DNA of 61,728 nucleotides, the filler included, from Sphacelaria rigidula (taxonomy: Eukaryota): NCBI GenBank assembly GCA_964200075.2. It is 11 parts of 11 records of this genome, joined end to end, with 100 filler letters (N's around TTAATTAATTAA, not from the genome) between each part and the next. Parts side by side here need not be neighbours in the genome. Positions count along the whole stretch, not along the records: positions 44,969 to 50,488 come from CAXNAA020026666.1; positions 50,589 to 56,108 come from CAXNAA020026667.1; positions 56,209 to 61,728 come from CAXNAA020026668.1; 8 more parts are not named here. The stretch is one strand, 5' to 3'. Positions 49,557 through 61,728 of this stretch are shown in pieces; within the stretch, counting starts at the first letter, position 1; each line of letters starts with the position of its first letter. A program made the position numbers and the translations under genes. Below the pieces are notes generated by a model. The model was given only the letters and a program-made list of their open reading frames with translations. It was not told the DNA's origin and searched no databases.

Positions 49557-50332
49557 GACTTTAGACAGCGAGCGTCGCCTCGGAGCAGTTTCACAGGCTG
49601 ACAGTCCAGAGAGATTCGGAATTCGAGGGATTCCAGTGTCCGGGGGGGAAGGTAGTTTTGGACGGGAGGAGGGGCGGGTGTCTGTCGGCAGAGCAGGCGA
49701 AGAGCTCACCAAGTCAAACATGTGTCTGTGGAAGTTTCCCGCGGAAGATTCTAAGCCACGAACGGGGCCCGAGAGGCGCGGAATGATCATTCTGACCAAC
49801 AACGGCCGTCAAAATGAGCACGTAGTTCCCCTATAGGTAGGCTATACAACAGGTGGACAATTCCGCTGTCTACCGGTGTTTCTCGTTGTGGTCGTGACAA
49901 TTCAACCTTATATTACGTGGGTATACAAATAGCTTGTTTTCCACCCTGCTCGAGGTCTGTTTCACCTGCCTGACGCCTCATGAGTTGCCAGTATACCCTC
50001 ACACTGCCTGTAGTGTTATTGTTGAACATTGAGCAGAGGCATCAGCAGCATCCAGGAAATTGTCTTCGGTGGAGAGCGATGTCATGCTGGCTGTTTCTCG
50101 CTGCTGTATCCTGCGGAGACATACCACACACATGCTGACTCTGTACGCCATTGACTGCACGGTCAAAACCGGCCAGGGGTTCTCCGAAACTAGTTCCTGT
50201 TTGGATGCCAGCATCCACATTATCGTGAAAAAAGGCGGTTTGTGTAGCTAGAAACGAGCTTTTCCGAACCGCGGAGAATGTGCTATAGTCCATCTCAGTC
50301 CACCTGCGGGGGGATCGCTGTCCAAGGGTTAA
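49557..50332 (+). mobile_element. ~770-bp non-autonomous piggyBac-like element
   Basis: Ends CTTTAGACAGCGA ... TCGCTGTCCAAGGG|TTAA. Homologous to 60072-60803. Confidence 0.8.
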
Positions 50333-50588
50333 CACTCCGAAGAGCTAGTCGTTGGATATGTAATCCGAGAATGAACAAGGGCTGCTATACGATTCTTTGA
50401 AATCGCGACGGATGGATACCCTATAACAGCCGATCCTAATTTTTGGGGTTGAAACAAAATATGAGGTTGAAGTCCCATCCCTCCATTGNNNNNNNNNNNN
50501 NNNNNNNNNNNNNNNNNNNNNNNNNNNNNNNNTTAATTAATTAANNNNNNNNNNNNNNNNNNNNNNNNNNNNNNNNNNNNNNNNNNNN

Positions 50589-50783
50589 GGACCGCGTGCT
50601 TAGAGGACCGCGCCGAGGCTCGAAACACCTCACGATCGACGTTTTCCAAAACCAATCGGGCCAGTCCCTGCAGGTACCACGCCCCTGACCCCAACCTCAA
50701 CACTACCCTAAGCCTAACCTTAACCATAGGGATATTCAAATTGCGATGCGGTCCTCTAAGCACGCGGTCCTCTCACGCATTAC
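50589..50783 (-). mobile_element. MITE carrying telomere-like repeats, truncated by contig start
   Basis: Reverse-complement homologue of 54549-54758, with CCCTAAGCCTAACCTTAACC core. Confidence 0.85.
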
Positions 50784-52627
50784 AGATTATGTCGGCGGTC
50801 GTACGGTGTTGCCAGGTTTATGTGTTTGTGCCTGCTCTACTGTATGGTATCCTTGTGCTGCATCACTTCCAGGTATCCTTCGTTTCTGCTCTATATTTCT
50901 CTCCCCTCCTCTCTCCTCCTCTACATGTTGTGTCCTTTCCTCCCGGTTCATGCAAGTCGCAGTTTGGTGCCTCACTTTCGCAGGGTTCATGGGTGAGAGC
51001 TAATACCCGAACTAGTGCGGCCGAAGTAGGTCAGCCATAATCTGGACCCCAGCACGCCGCCCAACACACCAGGCCCCCTCCCGCAACACTGTCTGCGACT
51101 AAGACCGACCTCTGCCTCTGCNNNNNNNNNNTATGGGGGGGAGCTAAAACCCCAACTAGGGCGGCCGAAGTAGGGCAGCCATAATCTGTCCCCCCCCCCC
51201 CCCCCCCCCCCCCCCCGCGCGCGCTTAGATATAAATGCTTGCACTTTTGTACAAGACCTTTCCCACCTGAAGTCATTTGTCCCACTTGGAGCCATGTTAT
51301 AGAGGCCGGTCGCTTCTAGCCTCTTTTTCTTGTCTTTGTTGTGGTCGTTCCTCCGTCTGTCTATCTGTCTTTATCTTTTTATTTCTAGCGAGTGTTTCCG
51401 TTTCGTTTCATCTCGGACACATCTGTCATGTCATCACGGCTGGATCCTGGGGGAACAGTTAACGAATCATATCACTCAATCAAAATCATGGCGAACCCCG
51501 TCATAGCACCATCCCTATACACGCACACATATATGCACTGTCTGTATTTCACGACGCCTGTAGGTTCCGAGCGAGGCCGCGGTCATCGGCAATTTCCATC
51601 TCCTTCCGGTCATCCACGTATTACCGGCCAGCCACGAAAATGCACTCGATAAGTCGTCACAACCGCCTCATCGCCGGTCACATGAGAAGAAGCTCGCGCA
51701 TGCCACCACGGAATGTGAACGAGATCGCGGTCTCAGTGGTTCGACCATATTCACAAGCATCGCGCTTCTTATGATGGTTGGGTGGTGGGTTACGGTGTTC
51801 AAAGGGGAAGGCAGAGGGGTGCTGAAGAAGATGGCGCAGGTTTGGAGGTATGCGGGTTGGGGTGGCCGACGGATCGTGAAGGGGGGCAGGAAGCGTCCGC
51901 TATTGAGAAAGGTGAGGCTGGCGCGGACAGTGGTTTATCGTCCCCGTCCTCTTCTTGCGGAGGTGTGGTGTTTCTTTTTTCGAGATTATGGGGTCCACGG
52001 GATGAATGGGTGGAATGTACCACTGGTCAGCTAGAATTTTTGGCTGAGGTGTGCTTTTTCAAAGAGACTAATGTGTGAGATACCGCTAGTGCAAGGGTAG
52101 ACCTTTTTTAGACCCTCCATCCCTTGATCATTTACCCGATTCATGAGCAGAATGAATGGCACACATGGCTTTGTCACCTCGTTTTCTGATTTCTTCATGC
52201 CCTCCCTTCCTGTTCATAGTTGCCACGTGCAGCCATCGTTTCACTCACTGATTTCTTGCTCCTGCACGATTTCTCACTCCATGCCTTCCAAATCGGCGTG
52301 TCGACTACCCCGGCGACCCTCGAAGAAGGCCGGGCTTGCCCGTGGCACCCTAGAGTTGACAACGAAACTTTGCTGATCCAACTGTTGAATAGGAAAGTGT
52401 GCGGCAGACGAGTGATGGGGAAGTGAGCGATGCCTCCACCGACAGTGACGGAATACTCAAGGGGCCCGTCCCAGACCCAGTAGGGCTCCCGAGGTAGGTA
52501 CAACAACAAAATGTGAGGGTTTCAACATTCTAGGATCCCAGGGACGTAATATCGAGATTCGTTCTCTTGTGCTGTCATCTAGTAATTTTGAACAACTTGA
52601 CAACGAAATTACAGGCGCTAGTATATA

Positions 52628-53326
52628 CTTCCTCTGGTCCACTGTATAAGCCCGGTTCGAGGAAAAGTATATACTTCCTCTCCTGCGACTTTGATTTAGC
52701 GGTTATATCGCTTTCGTGACCCTCTGGAGCAAAGCCCAAAACCGATACTTTTGCAACATCCTCATGATAGACCCACGAACACCTCCGGTAAGCGGAGGGT
52801 AGTCGCCGCGAAGGGCACGAATCCACCGGTTGACCGCCTTCCCATCGATTGTTTTTGGGACGTTTTTTTTCGTGGTTCTCGAAGCGTTTTGGAGAACCGC
52901 CCGAAACCAACGTTTTCGCTGAGCCGACCAACACAGCACTATTTGCGCCCACAATAGCTAGCGGACCCAGCGCCAGCCGCGGTGACGGAGAGGATATGCT
53001 CTGCGGACCGCCTGCAGTTCATCCTCTGACCATGTCGGCCAGGCAGACCGCTGGTAGTGGTGTCGGTGCTGGTTCTGCTGCTGTCGGTGTTGGTTCTAGT
53101 GCTGTCGGCGATATTTCTCGCTCTACTTGCAAAAGTCCGTTGTATGAGCCCGGTTCGAGATTTTTCACCCCCGGAGACGATATCTTGTCACCCCCGGGTC
53201 CGAAACGTTTTTTTTCGCGTACATAATACCAGCCATATGCGGAACACACACTGTTGATCTCATAGTCGAAAACACCAGGTCAAGTATGCGTACTCGACAC
53301 GGGCTTATACAGTGGACCAGAGGAAG
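52628..53326. mobile_element. Tc1/mariner-type (Stowaway-like) non-autonomous element, 699 bp
   Basis: Perfect 27-bp TIR CTTCCTCTGGTCCACTGTATAAGCCCG with TA on both sides. Confidence 0.88.
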
Positions 53327-54402
53327 TAATTAATAGTCGACACCGGCCACCCGCGCGATAGCTAGAGATATTCACTTTTCAAACGGTGTAGCAGTAACAA
53401 GGTTCACTCTCCCCGCGCATGTAGGCTGGAGGAATGGCACAATATACCACTTTGGCAAACGATGTCTGCTTCGTTCGCGGCTTCAACTTCTATGAGCTGC
53501 TGGCCATGTGTTCCGATTATTTTCCGGATTGCGTCTGTTCACTGTGATCGCCGTACCGCGCTTAGGAGCGATGAAGACTGGAGGACTTTGTTTGACACCC
53601 TGTACGAACAGGAGCGGGAAGAAGCAAAAAATGCGGCAGCATCTTCAGGCTCCCACAGGAACAATGATGTACCCTCTGCCATGCCCAACTATGTGGTTTC
53701 CATGTCGTGATAGTGGCCCAAGAAAAACGGTATTGCCGACCCGGGCGAAGGGTGTATATATAGAAAAGCATGTGCTAGTGGATCAAAATCAATGCAGCAG
53801 TTTCGTTGCTTTTGTGTGGAGCGGACGTAAGTGGCCGGCCAATGTGTAGTTTCACAACACGGTCGATGTACGCAGTTGCGTTCGTCAAGGCTTGTGGGGT
53901 TGTGCAGAATACACATAGTCGGTGTTTCATATTGTAGTTTGGGGGAAGGGTGGGGGCGTGCGGCATCAATCGGTGAAGGATTCAGATGTGGTCATGTACT
54001 ACTCCTCGACGCTGTAGATGTGAACATTTTCAATATTACGAGGGAAGAAAAGAGCACCGGCGGCGTATCTGAGACCTGCAGGGTGAAATGTAAGCGGTCG
54101 GCTCGCAAAGCAGGGGGATGAACGACGACATTCATAGGGCGTCAAGTTCGAGAAGACCCTTTTTCTTGGTGCAACGGGCACGAATCCCATGTATGTCTAC
54201 TGATGCATGACCTCTAACGGAACAGCAGTCCAGTCAGGTACAGCACTGCTTCTGCGCAGCAGACTACGAATTATTCGCACCGTCTTCTTCTAGCTGAGGC
54301 TGGCAAAAGTGAGGAGCTGTAGCCAACACACAACCAAGCGAATGCTGATATCATGGCGGCGGCAGGGAGGTTTCGTTGTCTGCGATGTAAAGCATTGACG
54401 GA

Positions 54403-55043
54403 GGATTCTGAGAAATGGGCTTGGACTTGAAAATGATTATTAATTCAAAAAGAGTGTTTTCCCTGACCTGAAGTCGTGGCAGAGGACTTTCATGCGGATG
54501 ACCTCATCCCCCTCGACCTCCCTCAAGCTATTTCCGGGGGTTTTCCAGTGTAATGCGTGAGAGGACCGCGTGCTTAGAGGATCGCATCAGCGTTTGAACA
54601 TCCCTTTGGTTAGTGTTAGGGTTAGGTTAGTGTTGGGGTTAGGGTCAGGGGCGTGGTGCCTGCAGGGACTGGCCCGAATGGTTTTGAAAAACGTCGATCC
54701 TGAGGTCTTTTGGACTACGATGCGATCCTCTAAGCACGCGGTCCTCTCACGCATTACATCCTCTTCCGTTCCCCCAGAGGGTATGTCCGAAAGCACTACT
54801 TTGCCTCGATTTTGGGGTGGATAAAGGGGCGCTTTTTAGCCTAAACATCGTGCTTTCGCGTACCCCCTGGGGGGACGGAAGACGGGAGAGCCCCCAAGAA
54901 CAGTAGTAGGGAGGTCGGGGGGGGATGAGATCGTCCATATGAGAGAGTCAATATTTGTCGTGACCTCAGGTTAGGGAAAGCATTGTTTGGGGTTGAACTA
55001 AGTTAGACCTCATTTTAATGTTCAACCCCATTTCTCAGGATCT
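54403..55043. mobile_element. Long-TIR family MITE hosting a nested insertion
   Basis: AGGATTCTGAGAAATGGG ... CCCATTTCTCAGGATC inverted ends. Homologous to the 24866 and 28915 elements once 54549-54758 is removed. Confidence 0.8.
54549..54758 (+). mobile_element. 210-bp MITE with perfect 40-bp TIRs and internal TTAGGG-like repeats
   Basis: TGTAATGCGTGAGAGGACCGCGTGCTTAGAGGATCGCATC and its exact reverse complement. Core GTTAGTGTTAGGGTTAGGTTAGTGTTGGGGTTAGGG. Confidence 0.92.
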
Positions 55044-55794
55044 TTTATTTTATTTTTATTAATACTTCGATCATGCCTGGTCCATTGTGATAAGGGTGAC
55101 AGATGTGATGAGATGGGTTAACCCTAACCCTAACTATAGTGGTGTTGAAACTTCGATGCGATCGAAAAAACACGCTCCTCCCACGCATTATAATAGGGTC
55201 CCCTAGGCAGAGTGTGGCGTTTGCGTTTGTACACCTTAAATCGGGGCCTGTTGCGCCGATTGGACAAAAATGTCTTCCGCGCACGCTAGGAGCACATGGG
55301 ACTGTAAAGTCCCCCTAAAGACCCACTTATAGTTGTTCATACTCAAATCAAGGAGTACATATTATGGCAAGGGTCTGTCGAGTGAAAATTTTCGGACACA
55401 TAGGCCAGTCCCCCCCCCCCTCCCGGAGAGCATTTTTTCGAAAATTGTCATGATTTTTTCGATTTTTTTGTTTGTTTAGTATCTCGCAAGGAATTGATCA
55501 TTAAACACTGTTTTGATTATGTCTGTTAATTTTGTTACAAGAAATGGATCATTAAACGCTGACGAAAACGGAAAGGTCTGGTGGGCTTTGTGGAGTTCGT
55601 GTATCTGCTTCTGCTCCTTGCCCGTCCTGTCTCGAAGACCTCAGATGCCGGAGGGCAATTTCCGACAATTACAATTATCGTGTTTTTTTCAATATTTTGT
55701 GTTAACTTTGTTGCAATAAATTAATCAATGAACGTTGACAAAATCCGAAGAGTTTGGTGGGCTTCGCGGGGTATATGTTTGCTTCTGCTTCTTT

Positions 55795-56037
55795 ACATAT
55801 TTATTTATAATATATAATATATAATATATACTATATAATATTACGTTATATATTATATAGCATCTATATATATTATATAAAATTTTATGATATAATATAT
55901 GCTGCCCCTTGATGAATATTCATATATATAATTGTATATGATATATTTATATTGTATAATATATAAAACAGAGTATATATTCAGGAAAATAAGCATAAAA
56001 TGTGCAATAAAATATAGACCTATAATATTGACCTATA
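55795..56037. repeat. AT-rich (TA)n-derived low-complexity tract
   Basis: Degenerate TATAA/ATATA runs. Confidence 0.9.
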
Positions 56038-59000
56038 AACAGCCGATCATCTATGTTGAGGATGGTGCTTTTCATTGAGGATGAGAACCCGGAGGATTAA
56101 AATCTTCGNNNNNNNNNNNNNNNNNNNNNNNNNNNNNNNNNNNNNNNNNNNNTTAATTAATTAANNNNNNNNNNNNNNNNNNNNNNNNNNNNNNNNNNNN
56201 NNNNNNNNGTATGGAATACCCTGGTAAATGCCGGGGGTACGCTCGGTACGGTACCTTACCTACGGTGCCTGTGAAATCTTTTGCTGTCACCACAGTGAGC
56301 GTTTCATGGGAAGGGGATACCTTATTCCGTGATCAGGGAATGGTTTTTTTCTCTTCGGCAATCCTTGCTTCAAGTATAAAAAATGCAACGATCATTGTCA
56401 TGGGCATCGCTATTTGCGTGCGTTATTCGTACACCAAGACCGGAGACAAAACCTCTAATACACGGAAGATGACACCCCCGAGGACGGCTAATCCCTTGCC
56501 ATGCCTCACATTACAGCCCCTTCTCCGATCCAAGTAGCCCATTTCAATGTGTTGTGCATCCGTTCATACTTCTCGTATGCACTTTGTATTCAATGATTGA
56601 CTCGTGACTTTTGGGAGGTACAATATATGGGTAATAATGTGGGACACCGTGCTTTTGTCTTGGAATCGAGTGATTGTATAACTGTCTGTACAAATAACTT
56701 GTAGTACGTGTACTTTGGTTTCCGAGACCCCCCACACATGTCTAGATGTGGGTGGGGAAAGGGCATAGCCGGCGTAACCTCAACGGGTGATGCGCCCTGG
56801 CCTAGTAGAGGTAAAATATTGCAATCGCGCGATTTTGATTGCTATGGTCAGTGATATGTGCGGTCCTTGATTTTGGTTCTATTATATCTGCTTGGCTTTG
56901 CGTGTCGAGTGAGGGCGTTAGGTAGTCCGAATGGTCGCCTGCGGCACCGGATCTTATCGGGTTGGTACTAGAGCTCGGAAATGGTACCAGGCATAACTGG
57001 CCATCATCATTTTAGTGGCGATACAATGCGGCAATGGTTGTGTGGAAATCATGGACAATGATTTCAAACCATTATCAACCGTCACCGGCTTTATAAGCCG
57101 TTACCGGCTACGTATGTACGCTACATACAGCCCTTGGAAATTGCCCCAAATTTGACATATATTTTTAGCTCTAGTTAAGCCAAATCTCGTAAAACGTGCC
57201 TCCGGCACGGCGCCTCCAGCGGGGCCCTCCGGGGGCGCCTCTGGCGGGGGGGGACTTTTTGGCTCGCGGCTTCGCCGCTCGATGACCAAACAATCATGTA
57301 ACATTTTGCTGGTTAATGATTGCGCTACGCGCATCGATTCCTCTGGTTAATTGTTAGACACCATTTCTGACTTCAAGGTGGTGGTACCATTATTTCCTCC
57401 TATTATACGACGTCTGTTGAAGTAGTCAAAGTTTTACAATTATCATGATATTCACTCAATCGGGATTTTTCACCGACGATTTTCCAGCGTAACTCTCCAA
57501 TTCGAGCGTCGCCAGGCATTGGAGGGGGAAAAGTAGGTCGTGCTCAGGTCACATCTCCCAATTGGGGGGGTTCGGAATGATGCGGAGTAAAACTCCGTCG
57601 TCTAGCTAGGGGCTGCTATTGACCGCATATTATATGACCCGACACCACAGTTTTTAGGCTGGAACGCAATGAATGTCGAGATAATAGAAGAAAAACAACA
57701 GGCATTGAATTGTTCATTGCAACGATCCAGATTGATCTAGTCCAGCGAAAATATCAAAGAGCGAGAACCCGAGGCTGTACATGCACTCGTAGGACCCTCA
57801 AAGACCGGTTAGCCCATATCTCGTTCAAGATTGATAATGCGAGTATCGGTTTATTTTTTATTTTTTTCCAAACGTGCGCCGGGTACTCATCATGTCTCTC
57901 GATTCCCGAAGCCTGCGGTATCAAACAGAAATCGCATCATCAATATCAGTCGTGGTATTCGAAAAAATACCTGAAACTAATGCTTTCTTACGAAAATGTG
58001 AAGTTAGAATTTTGGCTTCTCCAGGGGTGGTTCATTTTCTTTTTAAAAGGAACATAACCCCCCAACGTTAAAAAAATCGAGGCAAAAAAGGAAAAAGGGG
58101 GTTCGTCAGGGGGGGTTGGGCGCCGGGCGGCGAGCCTGCGCTAGTTACTTGAATTTAGTGTAGCGGTAGACTACTTGACTTTAGTGTACTTGTAAACAAC
58201 TTGATCTTAGTGTGATTCTTGAAGGCCTCTGTGGTCTAAGTAGGAGTTTGTGCAGGTGGCGTTTTGCACACAGGGCCTCCAGCTCAGCTTGTTTTCGAAT
58301 GGACACTGCACAGCGGTGTTGGGATAATGCTCGCGGAGTAGTCATTCTTCTTGCTGCCAATGAGTGTCTTCCTACGACTAACACGGTTATGCAGCAGGTA
58401 CGCCGGTGTTCGCAACGTCCATACCGTTGTCGACTTCGTTTGCCATATTCGACCGCGGGTCAGACAAGTTTCAGCCTGGTTGCAGCATCGCAACCTTTCA
58501 CGGCGGTCAGCCCAGGAAGACTGTCACACAAATGTCGAGAACATGCTTGCTGCTTGCGCCTTATAACATGAAAAAGAGTGCAAGATGGGTTGCGAGTGGG
58601 TGGCACGGATTCTTGAAAAAATCGGGCCCAAAAAAGAGGCTCGTAGGGGGTTGGGGTTGGTCATTTCCAATCCAGAGACCCCCCTGGTCTCTATGCCAAG
58701 GATCTGTACACGGCAGCTGACTGCATCCGCCAACGCCTCGGCAATAAGCTAGGGAACAGCAGGCTGGGTGTTACTCCCCATCCCCCTGCCTCTTAAAAAC
58801 TCAAGTCTTCCATCTTCGGGCCTACGTGTCCGGGAATCCTTCCTCGGCAGACCCTTGCAGATCTTGCAATTAGTTGCAGTTCATTGTCCTGTCCAGGGGG
58901 TGGAAAATTCGAAATCTACTGTAAGTCTCGAGCCCCACTTTCGGGACCCGTTTACGCCGCGCATCACCTACATGCCGACGCAGTTAGCTCACGAATATAG

Positions 59001-60071
59001 TGTGCCTCTTGAGTGCTGAAACAAAATGCACGCCCCACCATCACCCACCGCACCCAGACAAACGGGCAAGAAATATGGAAGGGCATTTTGAACACCACCG
59101 CCAACAGTCACCAAGCGGCAAATTTGCACAGCCGGCCGCTCCATCTTTAGGAGAAAATTCACACCGAATGTCGTCACGGCACACAGCAGTAGATGTACCC
59201 CACCTATTGTAGATATTCAGCGCTTTTGTTTGAGCCATGATTCATTCGTGGACGCTATGTGACTCGAGATATTTGCCTTCACATGTTCAGGACAACATTA
59301 CTACTCGGGGGCCTTGACCTGTTGTTATCCGTCGTGATGCAGAAAAAGACCTCTTGTTTATATACATTTAATTCATGATGGCGAGCTTGATTGAATCAAG
59401 ATGTCACCGATTGGGGCCTCCGCACAGAGCCGACAACTAGTAGTCGACTTCCTCTACCAGCTGCTTCTCTCCAGTGCTTCCCTTCCGCCTTCAGGTAAGA
59501 CTTCTACGTGAGATGAGATTTGTGGCCACCGAGGTCTATGCTCTCAGCTGCAAAAGCAAAACATTCATCGCCAAGAATATTTGCACGTCATCCCTCCACG
59601 TAGCTGTTGTAGGATGTAACAGGCGACGCCTTGTATAGCAGTATTTGAGTTGCATAGAGCCGGGCGAGGTTATCCCTCTTACATTTGACGATCTCTGTCC
59701 CAGCGAACCTCCCCTCTTGTCGTAGAAGCTCATTGTACACCTAGAACTACTGTTGGGCAATCAGCCGCGTATTGCATACTGTAGCGCTTCACCGTGACCC
59801 TCTCTCTAGTCCGATAAAGAAGTTGTTCCGAAACTCTGCACTCGCGGCCTCAGTGACAGCCGGGCGTCGAAATGTACACTCTCCGCATCTGGAAGCCCAG
59901 GAAATATACGCCCAGACTCGAGCAAAGTCAATAGCGCGAATGTGAACGTGCATCACTCAGGTATTACAGATGCAGGAACGATTTTTTTCCGCGCTCGCAA
60001 CTTGACTGAAAACATATCTACAGTGGGGTCAGGGATGGTACTCACAGGAGGGGTGTTGTTAATTTTGTTGA

Positions 60072-60803
60072 TCCTTATACAGCGACCCCCCACAGCTGAA
60101 CTGGGTTGGACTGTGACAAATTTGGGGTTCAAAACAGCTCTTTTCTCGCTACACGAGACGTTAGCTACACTAAGACGTTCTTTATTCATGACCATGTGGA
60201 CCCTGGACATCTGTATCGAAAGTAGTTCCGGAAAATCCCTGGCCGTTTTCGACCGTGCGGTCAATAGCGTACAGAGTCAGTATGCGTACGGTACTGTATG
60301 TCTCAGCTGGATACAACGGCAGGAAAGAATCAGCGCGCCATCGCTCTCCACTGTATACAATCTTCTGCATGCTGCTGATGCCTCTGCTTAGTGTTCAACA
60401 ACAACGCTGCAGACTGTGAGGCTATGCTGGCAGGACATGAGGCATCAGACAGGCGGCACAGACCTCGAGCAGAGTACGAAACAAGTTATTTCTTGCTGTG
60501 TAATCTGTGGGTGAAATCGACCAAAATGAAATATGTCAGTACACTGCGAAGTAGTCCTCGTGTAGTCCACCCCTAGGGGAACTACGTAATCATTGATTGG
60601 TCAAAATGATCATTCCGCGCCTTTCGGGCCTCGTTCCTGGCTTATGATCTTCCGCGGGAAACTTCCAAGCACACATGGTTGACTTGGTGAGCTTTTCGGC
60701 TGCTCTGCAAACAGACCCCCCCTCCCGGCCACTGCGAACCCCCGAATGTCTCCGGACTGTGAGCTTGTAAAACTGTTGTGAGGCGTTGCTCGCTGTCTGA
60801 GGG
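60072..60803 (-). mobile_element. Second copy of the ~750-bp piggyBac-like element
   Basis: Reverse-complement match to 49557-50332 (e.g. ATGATCATTCCGCGCCT.TCGGGCC.CGTTC). Ends TCGCTGTCTGAGGG|TTGA. Confidence 0.8.
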
Positions 60804-60807
60804 TTGA

Positions 60808-60907
60808 CCCTTGGACCGCGATGCGGGTAGTCCATTTGGATCACAATACTTTTTTCAAGTGGAATTGATGCCAATTCAGCAGGTGACCTACTGTCGCGGT
60901 TAAAGGG
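60808..60907 (+). mobile_element. ~100-bp piggyBac-like MITE abutting the previous element
   Basis: TTGA|CCCTTGGACCGCGA...TCGCGGTTAAAGGG|TTAA. Homologous to the units at 22785-22986. Confidence 0.8.
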
Positions 60908-61728
60908 TTAACCCGTATGGGCGCCAAAAAGCGCGTTTCGCTGGCTGGCCGTTCGTGCAGGAAATGACGCGCATGATCAAATAAATCAACGCCGTGAGTT
61001 CAGAACAACGCTTATTGAACGAAATCAAGATTGAGATCTCGGGCGATTTCGATCGCCGTTTCTTTGCATTCGCGATTTCGATCGGCGACAGGACAAAACA
61101 CCTTCTGTGGCACAAAACTGGATTTGCACACATGAAGTTTGCGCGATCTTTCATTGGAAATTTCGAACCCGTACAACAGCACCCGAATAAAACACATCGG
61201 CTGCATAGCCATGACGTGACTTTTTTACCTTTGAATGGGCAGCACTTTGTCCTCACCCTGATACTGTACGCGGGACACAGCAGCAGCATAGCAGCTGAAG
61301 CAATATCCAGCGCAATCAAACCGTGTCCGTAGGGCTCGAACAAACTACGGTACGGTAACAATGACCGCGCAGAAACGATGCGTGTGCACACGAAACGCCT
61401 TGTTCATTATAGAGGAGAAACAAAGCCGAGGCACAATGATGTTTCGTCAATTGATAGCATTGCGTGCGGACTGAAACAAAGGCACACAGCAGTACAGTTG
61501 GTCAGGCAATCCCCAGCGTCCATCCCACCGTTTTTGCAGGGTTGAAACGCACCATGCTACTCTGCCGAGCACGAAGCGCCTTGTTCATTGCAAAGGACAC
61601 ATCAATATCCAACACACCTACGTGGCATTTTCATTTTTGACAAGACAGCACTGCGTGCCGAGTACAACTATTTCACGGTTAGGACAAATAATGATTCGTC
61701 AGGAAATTACTTGGTTTTAGTATGATAA

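Overview
Eukaryotic, repeat-rich draft-genome sequence, most likely a brown alga (Phaeophyceae). This is inferred from ~50% GC, short exons in kb-long introns and GTGCG/GTACG/GTGAG donors; it is not verified. The window is not one locus. It is eleven unrelated contigs of 5521/5520 bp, sorted by length and joined by an artificial 100-bp spacer (44 N + TTAATTAATTAA + 44 N): 1-5521, 5622-11142, 11243-16763, 16864-22384, 22485-28005, 28106-33626, 33727-39247, 39348-44868, 44969-50488, 50589-56108, 56209-61728. Gene fragments are four exons of an EML/EMAP-like WD40 protein, three exons of the oligosaccharyltransferase subunit OST48/WBP1, a JmjC exon, the last two exons of a large tandem-repeat protein with a >3.1-kb exon, and an acidic low-complexity exon. 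Mobile DNA includes a decayed Ty3/Gypsy integrase with a chromodomain plus a further PWWP/Tudor-like domain, a decayed pogo-type transposase, piggyBac-like, Tc1/mariner-like and foldback MITEs, and tRNA-derived SINE heads. Most ORFs in the supplied track are spurious. I found no complete multi-gene novel system. The best leads are the double-reader integrase, the giant-exon repeat protein, a ~40-bp insertion module and a MITE carrying telomere-like repeats.
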